In this document: positions 56,101 through 63,562 of the stretch, in pieces
How the letters are laid out: every line of letters starts with the position of its first letter
How positions within the stretch are numbered: position 1 is the stretch's first letter
DNA from: a virus
Taxonomy: Duplodnaviria > Heunggongvirae > Uroviricota > Caudoviricetes
DNA length: 64,000 bases
Direction: 5' to 3' (one strand)
IMG/VR virus record: IMGVR_UViG_3300034107_000364
The notes under the pieces: generated by a model
What the model was told of the DNA's origin: nothing
Databases searched by the model: none
What the model saw: the letters and a program-made list of their open reading frames with translations, nothing else
Translations under genes and position numbers: made by a program

Positions 56101-57246
56101 GCTACCGGATGGATTAATCTTTCTGCAATGTCAGTTGACGATATAAAAGCTAAAATAGGTACAAACACGCAAACATTAATTCAAGCATTAACAGATACTT
56201 TTGTTACTATCGGTGGTGGTAAAAGCAAAACATCTAGTTGGTGGCAAGGTGATACAGAATTTGAAAAAGGAGTAGCAATTGTTGAAGCATTATCAGAACC
56301 ATATAAAACTTTAACAGCAACTATAAAAGATGTATTAGGCTTCATAGATAAAAAAATAGATGTTACAAAACTAGGGACAATTGTACAAGGTTTATTTAGC
56401 GCTATTACAAATGTAGGTATGTTAGATAATACTCAATTCTGGTGGGGTAATGGTAGAATGAAAGCCGCCGGAGAAACTTACGAAAGCTTTGCAGGAAATA
56501 TTGAAGATTCAGCAGACGAAATATTAGCCGTTGATGCAGTTAAACTTAAAGAAAATATGTTACAACTATTTTCAGTGTTTACAACAATAGGTGGATCAGC
56601 CGATCCAGCTCTTTTGAATGCAGCAAAACTTTTAGCGTACGCTGTAGGAAATACCTATGATAAAATGGCTTCAAGTTTACCAATAGTTGTTGGAGCAGCT
56701 AGTAAATTTAATCCAGCTACAGGTGGAATGGTTGCACAATTGTTATTCGGTAAAGTAGATACTGGTAACGCAATGAATGGTTACAATGCACAAACTAAAA
56801 TGCAATTAGCATTAGCAACTACTTATGGTAAAGCTGGTGAAAACTTCCCTAAAATATCAAGTGCTATCAATGCATTAGACATTACTAAATTAACTGAAAG
56901 CAGAAAAATGTTTGAAGCACTTGCAGTACTTTCTAAAGGAGGAGCTCCTGGAGATATATTAGCTGCAATGGGTACTTCATTAGAAGATGCTTTAAAGAAT
57001 CTTGCTACTATGTTAAGTGAATTTAAAACAACCGTTTCTGAAGGTAATGAAGCACAAGGTGGTATGTTAGAGAAAGTAGGAAACGCAGTTACTGGAGTTA
57101 AAAACGCTGTAATGGGAACAGATACTAAAACTAAACCAGGTGCTAAAGAAACTCCTGCTAAATTACCAACGAAAATGACAGTAGATATTTCTCCTGAATC
57201 TATAGCTGCATTGAAGAAAGGTAGTGGTTTAGGTGGTGGTAACTAA
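53188..57246 (+). CDS. Tape measure protein
   Basis: 1352 aa, TTG start, long Ala/Gly-rich hydrophobic repeats, located after tube and chaperones. Confidence 0.8.
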   Translation: MAQLIPPFLATAFERLGSQSKALDQVAVNTKETAASVSVGGDLYKKMDELVNALKTGGNAGGKVSIKEALVLRITAGALEPIGLGLGVIIDALERAPEGKELKLKMEALTNGLLALGDIGWSILKFAALMILALPLLIIAGVAMLLIVPLLKLMVDGLMWATSKLDEKGLERITALGDVGKALLWLSVSLVLMALLAPQILQGLLVAGVVLLGFGLIMMLLDKMKLDSKRIVLFGKAIQSLALGVLFLSVSLVLIGLLAEYVLKGLGVAALVILTIGGVFWLMDKMQVDKAMRKTGMALMFAAGAILSIAIALVLSHLILNSIGFEEVAKVMLIVGGVALVFGLIAKKVGDVSKGAMALMLCAVAIVALSLAIWIMNMILGDMKTEDVIKTVKSLAIVAGVALVFALAGEADKQIKNGAQAMMWAAGSLIVLAIGIWAMKKALDGVSWETIAMMGAIIVGLGVAMGVAGLADKEIEKGSAAMIVAAIAMVTIAIGVFAMKKALEGVTWGNLGMMGAVIVGLAVAMGVAGIGPIPVAIALGSAAMIVAGVALITLGLGTKMFMVALKDATWEKVGMMGAVIVGVGLAFAGAGFAAPFIVIGAAAMGIAGLALLPIALGVLALSKLPIAEMFASKGLFGDSGNVTKGFLGIGGGRAMTNMEVMFEAIANSFSLGPLQIAALYVTSPALIMAGIALITIAKGLQEFQKIAAETDLLLLGVNVTLITTILANAFGEIGKKFPGGAAGLFTSGSFVSQGITSVMGMGEALTNIAMGMQNMANLKFPVKYDKNGKPIAYESMDSDAPARVAANTMAIVYGLSMVFGEVGKEYGVKKSVADWLFGTSPKNPVEIGIQSVMGMGGALTGIAMGFQAMADLRFPIAWDKDGKPTAYAEGIDLEAAAIRVANNTRTIVTSLSGTFADIGAGQKSSWWGGDTDFQKGVDVVAGLGTPLKNLAESVIMMADMKFPTTYDKDGKATGWINLSAMSVDDIKAKIGTNTQTLIQALTDTFVTIGGGKSKTSSWWQGDTEFEKGVAIVEALSEPYKTLTATIKDVLGFIDKKIDVTKLGTIVQGLFSAITNVGMLDNTQFWWGNGRMKAAGETYESFAGNIEDSADEILAVDAVKLKENMLQLFSVFTTIGGSADPALLNAAKLLAYAVGNTYDKMASSLPIVVGAASKFNPATGGMVAQLLFGKVDTGNAMNGYNAQTKMQLALATTYGKAGENFPKISSAINALDITKLTESRKMFEALAVLSKGGAPGDILAAMGTSLEDALKNLATMLSEFKTTVSEGNEAQGGMLEKVGNAVTGVKNAVMGTDTKTKPGAKETPAKLPTKMTVDISPESIAALKKGSGLGGGN

Positions 57247-57260
57247 TAATCCATAACTTT

Positions 57261-57287
57261 GAAACAAAATAATGTGATCATGTATAA
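57261..57287 (+). promoter_or_regulatory. Class 2 promoter GAAAC-N17-TATAA
   Basis: GAAAC 57261-57265, TATAA 57283-57287. Confidence 0.7.
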
Positions 57288-57305
57288 CATCTAAATATAG
57301 ATAAC

Positions 57306-57560
57306 ATGATCACATCAACAATTTCTAATTATGATAGCTCTACTCTTAAGTCAGCTTCATATAATTATCAACACAAAACATTATTAGTTCACTTTAATCA
57401 CGGATCATACTTGTATAAAGATGTGAAAGTCTCTGACTTTGAAAACTTCAATACAGCTGAATCTCAAGGAAAAGCACTCAACGAATTTATTAAACCCAAT
57501 TATGAATTTGAAAAGATTCATACTGAAGATATTTCTTTAGCCGAGAATTCACAAAAATAA
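57306..57560 (+). CDS. KTSC domain protein
   Basis: SS.L.S..Y......L.V.F..G.Y.Y..V.......A.S.GK..N..IK pattern. Confidence 0.85.
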   Translation: MITSTISNYDSSTLKSASYNYQHKTLLVHFNHGSYLYKDVKVSDFENFNTAESQGKALNEFIKPNYEFEKIHTEDISLAENSQK

Positions 57561-57571
57561 ATTAATAAATT

Positions 57572-57976
57572 ATGGAACAAATAATTGCATTCGTTTTAGG
57601 TGTATTGTTGGTAGCAATTCCGGTTGTTGTTTACAATATGTTTAGGACTAGTAGAAAATTAAGAGTACTTCGTAATGATGTCGAATATCTTACAGAAGTT
57701 ATTGAAGACTTAGAAAGAAGTCTTGAAAGCAGAAATGAATTGATTGATCGTAGAATTGATCAAGAAATTGACAGATTAAATGTAACGTCTGATAAACTCT
57801 ATAAATATATAGATTCAAGGACAGACAAAGTGGAATCAAGATTAGAAAATGAAATTGCACGATTAGTTGCAGATTTACATTCTGATATGGATGCCAGATC
57901 TAACGAGAATACTGGATTTGTTGATAAATTATTTCATCAAATTGCAGATCTAGGTAAAAGCAAAAAACAAAAATAA
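57572..57976 (+). CDS. Membrane-anchored coiled-coil hypothetical protein
   Basis: N-terminal hydrophobic helix followed by heptads. Confidence 0.6.
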   Translation: MEQIIAFVLGVLLVAIPVVVYNMFRTSRKLRVLRNDVEYLTEVIEDLERSLESRNELIDRRIDQEIDRLNVTSDKLYKYIDSRTDKVESRLENEIARLVADLHSDMDARSNENTGFVDKLFHQIADLGKSKKQK

Positions 57977-58001
57977 ATAATATTCTTGGCTAAAGAATAC
58001 T

Positions 58002-58086
58002 GGAGGATTGGCAGAGTGGTCGATCGCGGCAGTCTTGAAAACTGTTGTACCGCAAGGTACCGTAGGTTCGAATCCTACATCCTCCG
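58002..58086 (+). tRNA. trnS: tRNA-Ser (anticodon UGA), CCA not encoded
   Basis: GGAGGAT/ATCCTCC acceptor stem, D-arm GGCAGAGTGGTCGATCGC, anticodon loop CTTGAAA, long variable arm, GGTTCGAATCC T-arm; discriminator G followed by CAA. Confidence 0.95.
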
Positions 58087-58087
58087 C

Positions 58088-58119
58088 AAAATGCAATCAG
58101 AAATGGTTGCATTTTTTTT
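58088..58119 (+). terminator. Rho-independent terminator after the tRNA
   Basis: AAAATGCAATC / GGTTGCATTTT followed by a T-run. Confidence 0.8.
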
Positions 58120-58147
58120 GAAACAAACCCAGTGAACATACATATAA
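58120..58147 (+). promoter_or_regulatory. Class 2 promoter (GAAAC-N18-TATAA)
   Basis: GAAAC 58120-58124, TATAA 58143-58147. Confidence 0.6.
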
Positions 58148-58165
58148 TTTATAAATTAACAAAAC

Positions 58166-58492
58166 ATGAAACACATAATTATTGAAAGACTTTTAGATCA
58201 AGGTCATATTACAATTAAAATTGCAGATGTTATTATAAATAACAAAACTGGTAAAGCAGATCACATTACTGATTTAAGAGGTGATAGTATTATTTCAAAT
58301 AGTGAAGCTCTTATTTTACTAAGAGATAATGAAGCACCTTCATTTCCATTTGGTGTTCCTAATATTCCTAATCAACCAGTAATGCCATTAACATATCCTT
58401 ATAATCCATTTAATACGCCAGGTACTGGACCTACTCCACCTTGGACTGTAACATGCACATACTATTCTGATAAAAACTTTACTGACAAGTAA
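58166..58492 (+). CDS. Hypothetical protein with Pro-rich C-terminus
   Basis: 108-aa ORF. Confidence 0.6.
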   Translation: MKHIIIERLLDQGHITIKIADVIINNKTGKADHITDLRGDSIISNSEALILLRDNEAPSFPFGVPNIPNQPVMPLTYPYNPFNTPGTGPTPPWTVTCTYYSDKNFTDK

Positions 58493-58500
58493 ACAATACA

Positions 58501-58668
58501 ATGAAAAAGAGTAAAGCGCCCCGTAAGGATGGTTTCAATCCAGAAGATCGTAAGCGTATGATTAATTTTAAACAAAAAAAACAACGCCAATATGACGCGT
58601 CGTTTAAACCTAGTAGATTAGGTAAAATAGAAGACTTTGATAAATTCGAAGATGAAAATTATGACTGA
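58501..58668 (+). CDS. Small hypothetical protein (55 aa; not in the ORF track)
   Basis: MKKSKAPRKDG...DENYD; fills the gap. Confidence 0.55.
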   Translation: MKKSKAPRKDGFNPEDRKRMINFKQKKQRQYDASFKPSRLGKIEDFDKFEDENYD

Positions 58669-58873
58669 TAGTGAATTTATTCAAAAACACATTGAGAGCA
58701 TATTAGATGTTCCTGGCGACATTACATCCGGTATCAATGGTTGTATACTCAAATCTGCATATAAGAGAACCTGTAAGATATTAGAAGCCAATGGAGCACC
58801 AAGGCCAACTATAGTACAGATCATTGAAGATCCTGAGGTAGAAACCACATACATTGTAGAAAATGGTTGTTAA
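58661..58873 (+). CDS. Hypothetical protein
   Basis: Start moved to ATG 58661 (MTDSEFIQK). Confidence 0.55.
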   Translation: MTDSEFIQKHIESILDVPGDITSGINGCILKSAYKRTCKILEANGAPRPTIVQIIEDPEVETTYIVENGC

Positions 58874-58874
58874 A

Positions 58875-59039
58875 ATGGTATTTTGGGATGAGATGTGGAA
58901 TATGTCCACTGAAGAATTTGAAAATTTAGGAAAACCTAAATTAGAAGACAAAGAACCCACTAAATGTTGTGGCGATTGGAATGAAGAAGGCGCATGTAAT
59001 TGTAAAACAAAAAAAGATGAAAATAAAAACCAAGAATAG
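58875..59039 (+). CDS. Small Cys-rich hypothetical protein (54 aa; not in the ORF track)
   Basis: MVFWDEMW...KCCGDWNEEGACNCK...; fills the gap. Confidence 0.5.
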   Translation: MVFWDEMWNMSTEEFENLGKPKLEDKEPTKCCGDWNEEGACNCKTKKDENKNQE

Positions 59040-59238
59040 AGATTATAACTTTAACTTTTCTCTTCCAACTATTATATTTGCACTTCCAACTGCATTTATC
59101 GGACATCATATACATGGCAGTCTTTTTTGGGCTATTATGGATTTAATATTTTGGCCATTCGCATGGATCAAATGGTTCATATATCATGAAGTAACTCTTA
59201 CTATAATTAAAGAAACCTTTAGTTGGTTTTTCGTTTAA
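59017..59238 (+). CDS. Small membrane protein
   Basis: Two hydrophobic, Trp-rich segments; start moved to ATG 59017. Confidence 0.6.
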   Translation: MKIKTKNRDYNFNFSLPTIIFALPTAFIGHHIHGSLFWAIMDLIFWPFAWIKWFIYHEVTLTIIKETFSWFFV

Positions 59239-59239
59239 A

Positions 59240-59305
59240 TTGTTCGTAACTTCTTGACTTAATATTTTTTTATGTCATTTATTTGTGGTATATTAGCTTT
59301 ATAAA
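59240..59305 (+). promoter_or_regulatory. Class 1 promoter with upstream TTGTTCGTAACTT box
   Basis: Box 59240-59252; TGTCA 59273-59277; TATATTAG 59289-59296. Confidence 0.7.
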
Positions 59306-59314
59306 ATTAAGAAC

Positions 59315-59728
59315 ATGAAAAAATTACTTTGGTTAGACGATATGAGAGACCCTCAAACAGGCACTTGGTTAATGTCTTATGCTCCTGATTTTGATGAAGA
59401 TAGAGACAATGTGGTTTGGGTTAAAAACTACGAGGACTTTATTGCTTGGATCACAGAAAATGGTTTGCCATATAAAATTGCATTTGACCACGATTTAGGT
59501 CAAGATGAAGCTGATATGAAAGTTGCAAGTGGAATGAGCAAAAGCCAATCTAGAAAAGAAAAGAAAGGTATTAAAGATGGTAAGGACGCTGCAAATTGGT
59601 TAGTAGATTATTGTTTAGATAATGGTTTAAATATTCCATTGTTTACAATTCAAAGTGCTAATCCAACGGGTGCAGATAATATCAAAGGTTTATTGTTAGG
59701 AGCTATCAAACATATTAATAAAAATTAA
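59315..59728 (+). CDS. Cyclic-phosphate-processing receiver-like domain protein
   Basis: LWLDD.R.P, FDHDLG, G.D...WL and (H/Q)SANP.G...I. Confidence 0.8.
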   Translation: MKKLLWLDDMRDPQTGTWLMSYAPDFDEDRDNVVWVKNYEDFIAWITENGLPYKIAFDHDLGQDEADMKVASGMSKSQSRKEKKGIKDGKDAANWLVDYCLDNGLNIPLFTIQSANPTGADNIKGLLLGAIKHINKN

Positions 59729-59729
59729 A

Positions 59730-59921
59730 ATGGAGAAAATTAAAGCCTTTTTCGATGCAACTGGAGCGTTCTTTCGTTGGATGTGGATGTATCCAACAAC
59801 ACCAATTGAGAATTTCCAAGATGCTAAATTTCGTTACGATGCTCAAACAGATCCTGAAATTAAAGCTGCTTTTGAAGAATTTGAGAAATCAATAAGAGAG
59901 CACCTAAATAAAAATAAATGA
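59730..59921 (+). CDS. Hypothetical protein
   Basis: 63-aa ORF. Confidence 0.55.
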   Translation: MEKIKAFFDATGAFFRWMWMYPTTPIENFQDAKFRYDAQTDPEIKAAFEEFEKSIREHLNKNK

Positions 59922-60493
59922 AAGTAATATTTTTAGATAATGATGGTGTAATTTGCCTTTCTAATAATTGGGGTGGTAGAACTAAGAAATGGAATAAGTA
60001 CATAAAACTTAATCCTGGACAAACTAGTCTTGCACTGGCCCCAGTTGAGATAAGATTCGATGATTTTGATAAAAAAGCAATTAAGATATTAAATGAAATA
60101 ATCGAACAAACTGGAGCTGAAATAGTAGTAAGTTCTGATTGGAGGTTACATGCTACATTAGAAGAAATTGGTGAATACTACCTATCAAAAGGAATATTAA
60201 AAGCCCCAATCGCATTCACCAAACGATACATCGGTTGTGATAAACCTGATGAGTTTGTATGGAGACGAAGTACAATGTACGAACAACAAAGATGTATTGA
60301 AGTTCATCAATTTATTATAGATCATCCAGAAATAACTAATTGGGTTTGTATTGATGATTTACAATTAGGTGCAAAAGATTCTTATGGATTTGCACAAATT
60401 TGGGGTTTATCTAATTTTGTTCATACTCCAAAAATGAGTGAAGGTATAAAACAATCAGGCATTAAAGATAAAATATTAGAATTTTTAAAATAA
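59918..60493 (+). CDS. HAD-superfamily phosphatase (Swiss-Army-Knife RNA repair type)
   Basis: IFLDNDGV, IVVSSDWR and WVCIDD. Confidence 0.8.
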   Translation: MKVIFLDNDGVICLSNNWGGRTKKWNKYIKLNPGQTSLALAPVEIRFDDFDKKAIKILNEIIEQTGAEIVVSSDWRLHATLEEIGEYYLSKGILKAPIAFTKRYIGCDKPDEFVWRRSTMYEQQRCIEVHQFIIDHPEITNWVCIDDLQLGAKDSYGFAQIWGLSNFVHTPKMSEGIKQSGIKDKILEFLK

Positions 60494-60497
60494 AAGT

Positions 60498-60857
60498 ATG
60501 GAAAGATTTATTAATCACAAAGATTTAGGCAAGGTAGAAATCTTAATGAGCTATCAAAGAACTGAAGACGGTAAGGATTTACCGAAAGTAGTTGCATTGG
60601 CAACATCTGCAACGAGACCACATATCTCAGAAAAATGGAAAAACTATGGTGAAGTCACTTTTAGAACAGCATATAACAATCAAGGTAATATAGTTAAACA
60701 TCACTATTTGATTTGGGGAACTGACGATAATTTTAGAGAATCTGGATTTCAACATTTAACAACACCGTGTGGTAGAAAAACAAGTTTCAAAAGTGCATTG
60801 AAAATATTTAATGATGCAAGAAAAGCAACAGAATTTGTAAACTTTTCTAAGATCTAG
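60498..60857 (+). CDS. Hypothetical protein
   Basis: 119-aa ORF. Confidence 0.6.
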   Translation: MERFINHKDLGKVEILMSYQRTEDGKDLPKVVALATSATRPHISEKWKNYGEVTFRTAYNNQGNIVKHHYLIWGTDDNFRESGFQHLTTPCGRKTSFKSALKIFNDARKATEFVNFSKI

Positions 60858-60879
60858 AATATAATCAAAAAAAGCAATT

Positions 60880-60954
60880 ATGAAAACTTACGAAAGAATA
60901 CTACACATATTAGCAGGTATAGCACTTGGATATTTTATGTTTAACAACCTATAA
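60880..60954 (+). CDS. Possible 24-aa membrane peptide
   Basis: MKTYERILHILAGIALGYFMFNNL; A-rich upstream region; fills the gap. Confidence 0.4.
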   Translation: MKTYERILHILAGIALGYFMFNNL

Positions 60955-60965
60955 ATAATTAAATT

Positions 60966-61646
60966 ATGAAATATATCTCAATTGATATCGAAACTACAGG
61001 ATTAGATGCAGATTTTAATCAGATCCTATCAATAGGTGCAGTAATCGAAGACACCTTAAATCCTCTTCCATTTGAAAAGTTACCAAAGTTCCATGCTGTT
61101 ATTAAACGCGAAAGTGTTTATGGCAGTATTTTTGCATTAAACTTAAACCGAGATTTGATTCAAGCAATGAAGGATTATTCTGAAGCAAGAACTCAAGAAC
61201 TTAAGGATGAAATTGAGGAATCATTTGGTGCTAAATTCTACGAAGAAGACGAAGTTGTTGAAGCACTTTACCAATTTTGTTACAGAAACAACTTAGTTGA
61301 ATTTGATCCAGATTTCTTAAACAAACATGTCAAACTAGTTGACGGTATCATGTATCCTATATTAGGCTCAAATATGAAGAAAACCTATTTGAATTGTGCT
61401 GGTAAAAACTTTGCAGGATTTGACAAGAAATTCTTAGAGAAATTACCAAGATGGAAACAAGTATTTTCAATTCGCAGTCGAGTTTTAGATCCAGGAATCT
61501 TATTTGTTGATTGGAAAAATGATGAATCAATTCCGAGTTTGGATGAATGTAAACAACGTGCAGGAATTGATGGTGTTGTAACACACAATGCTGTTGAAGA
61601 TGCAATGGACGTTGTTATGTTATTACGTAAATGTTATCAAAAATAA
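60966..61646 (+). CDS. DEDDh 3'-5' exonuclease
   Basis: SIDIETTG, GKNFAGFD and HNAVEDA. Confidence 0.88.
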   Translation: MKYISIDIETTGLDADFNQILSIGAVIEDTLNPLPFEKLPKFHAVIKRESVYGSIFALNLNRDLIQAMKDYSEARTQELKDEIEESFGAKFYEEDEVVEALYQFCYRNNLVEFDPDFLNKHVKLVDGIMYPILGSNMKKTYLNCAGKNFAGFDKKFLEKLPRWKQVFSIRSRVLDPGILFVDWKNDESIPSLDECKQRAGIDGVVTHNAVEDAMDVVMLLRKCYQK

Positions 61647-61648
61647 TT

Positions 61649-61984
61649 ATGGGACTACTACAAAAAATAAGTTGGAAAACTCGTAAATGGAATCTTAAAT
61701 TTAATTTACTTGAAGTTTATTTACATGATGGTGATGGTTGTTGGGGATTTTCATTCTTTGAAGTAATCAAAGACTACAGACCATATTCATTATTGGCAAT
61801 AGAATTTAGATTGCCAAATGGAGCAGAAAGAACTGAAACACAATTAACTAATTGGGATATTTTATGTTTAAGTACACCTTTATATGACTGGATGGGCGAT
61901 CTAGAAGAGTCTATATTATGGGGATATAAACCAACAAGAACACAGAGAATATTGCTTAATGTAGCAAATAGATTATTTAAATAA
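61649..61984 (+). CDS. Hypothetical protein
   Basis: Start moved to ATG 61649. Confidence 0.55.
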   Translation: MGLLQKISWKTRKWNLKFNLLEVYLHDGDGCWGFSFFEVIKDYRPYSLLAIEFRLPNGAERTETQLTNWDILCLSTPLYDWMGDLEESILWGYKPTRTQRILLNVANRLFK

Positions 61985-62013
61985 ACAAAATCAATAACAA
62001 ACATATAAGTTAT

Positions 62014-62487
62014 ATGAAATTAATACTTGTAGGAAAGGCAGCTTCTGGTAAAGATCACTTAAAACAGAAGTTACAAAAAAAAGGATTTAAAATTGGTATA
62101 AGTCATACCACAAGATTACCCAGAGCGAATGAACAGAATGGTGTAGATTATCATTTTGTAACTGAATCTCAATTTTCAGAAATGTTAGAGAATGGTGCTT
62201 TCATCGAATACATGAAATTTAATGGTTGGTATTATGGCCAAACCGAAGAAGATTTTAATGGAGCAGATGTAATGATTATGAGCAAAGATGGTCTAGACAT
62301 ACTACCAGAACAGTACAGAAAACAATGTGCAGTCATTTATTTAGACATCGATAGATTAACTAGGATCGAAAGACTTAATGACAGAGATGACAAGAATGAT
62401 TCTATTCAAAGACGAATGGACACTGATGATGAACAGTTCGAAAACTTTACAGATTTCGAGATTAGAATAAAAAACGCAGATTTTTAA
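62014..62487 (+). CDS. gmk: Guanylate kinase
   Basis: GKAASGKD, SHTTR.PR..E..GVDYHFV and WYYG. Confidence 0.9.
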   Translation: MKLILVGKAASGKDHLKQKLQKKGFKIGISHTTRLPRANEQNGVDYHFVTESQFSEMLENGAFIEYMKFNGWYYGQTEEDFNGADVMIMSKDGLDILPEQYRKQCAVIYLDIDRLTRIERLNDRDDKNDSIQRRMDTDDEQFENFTDFEIRIKNADF

Positions 62488-62526
62488 GCAAGATAAATAA
62501 TAAAACAATTAATTTAAACAACAAAT

Positions 62527-63039
62527 ATGAACGCAAAATTAAAAACACGCCAAACTGAATTGGCTACGGAAATTGATGCAATGCAAACAGAAGCTTCTCA
62601 AAAAAGATTTGAGATTAAATTTGATAGCATCAAATCAATTAAAACAGTACAAGAACACCTTAACAAAGGATATACTTGGAAAACTCAAAATGCTGCAGTA
62701 GTTGTATCTTTATATGACCAATTCAAAAACCAATCTAAAGGTTTGACAGCAGAAGCAGAGCCTATTATTTCATTAAGAGGTCATGAATTGAATGCACTTT
62801 ACCAAGCATTGTTAAATGTTGAAGGTACAGGAATTGAAAATGCTCGTAGATTTATCACAATGTTAACACAAGTTGGTGAAGCTGTAGGTATTGCAATGCA
62901 AGAATTGAGCGCAATGAACATTAAGCTTAATGAAATGCATGCAGAATTAGGAGAAGTTGATGCTCAGTTAGACGCTGAACAAAAAGTTGAGGTGGTTACA
63001 CCTGAACTAGAAACTACAACGAATGAATCGAGCAAGTAA
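62527..63039 (+). CDS. Hypothetical coiled-coil protein
   Basis: 170 aa; GATAAATA at 62492-62499. Confidence 0.65.
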   Translation: MNAKLKTRQTELATEIDAMQTEASQKRFEIKFDSIKSIKTVQEHLNKGYTWKTQNAAVVVSLYDQFKNQSKGLTAEAEPIISLRGHELNALYQALLNVEGTGIENARRFITMLTQVGEAVGIAMQELSAMNIKLNEMHAELGEVDAQLDAEQKVEVVTPELETTTNESSK

Positions 63040-63559
63040 GAGTCAAAAGCGTATTGATTTTATTGATTTAGTATCTGAAGCAATAACTCACAACGATATA
63101 TTTGGCACTATTGATTATAAAAACAGGAATGAGGATCAGATAAAGCAATTTATCTACCCTCATCTTGTTGAATCATTGACTCAATATGTTGTTGATCAGG
63201 AAGGTAAAGAAAAACAGGTAGCAAAGGATTACGTTAAGAAAAACCTTAAATGGGAAGGTAACGTAAACACTACGGTACATCATATATTATTTATGGGTAC
63301 CCAAAACAGACCCGATATGATCTTAGAAATGAATGGCCTTAAGATAGCCATTGAATTCAAAAGAGGTCAATCAGGAAGTGATCTTAGATCTGGCATCGGT
63401 CAATCTATGATATACTCAACTCATTATGATTTCGTTTTGTTTCTTTTTGTAGACACATCGGAAGATAAGAGGATCAAGAATGCCCAAGGTGGTGTAAACG
63501 AAACTGAATTCGTTTCTCTATTATGGGATCAATATAACATAAAATTTATAGTAGCTTAA
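63023..63559 (+). CDS. PD-(D/E)xK restriction-like endonuclease
   Basis: RPDMIL...IAIEFK...GIGQ..IY. Confidence 0.7.
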   Translation: MNRASKSQKRIDFIDLVSEAITHNDIFGTIDYKNRNEDQIKQFIYPHLVESLTQYVVDQEGKEKQVAKDYVKKNLKWEGNVNTTVHHILFMGTQNRPDMILEMNGLKIAIEFKRGQSGSDLRSGIGQSMIYSTHYDFVLFLFVDTSEDKRIKNAQGGVNETEFVSLLWDQYNIKFIVA

Positions 63560-63562
63560 TAC

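Noticed and set aside
3792-61605. The many other short minus-strand and off-frame ORFs in the track (e.g. 3792-4115, 13055-13435, 16886-17209, 35238-35627, 51023-51301)
   Set aside because: They lie wholly within well-supported + strand genes and have no promoter motifs or recognisable domains.
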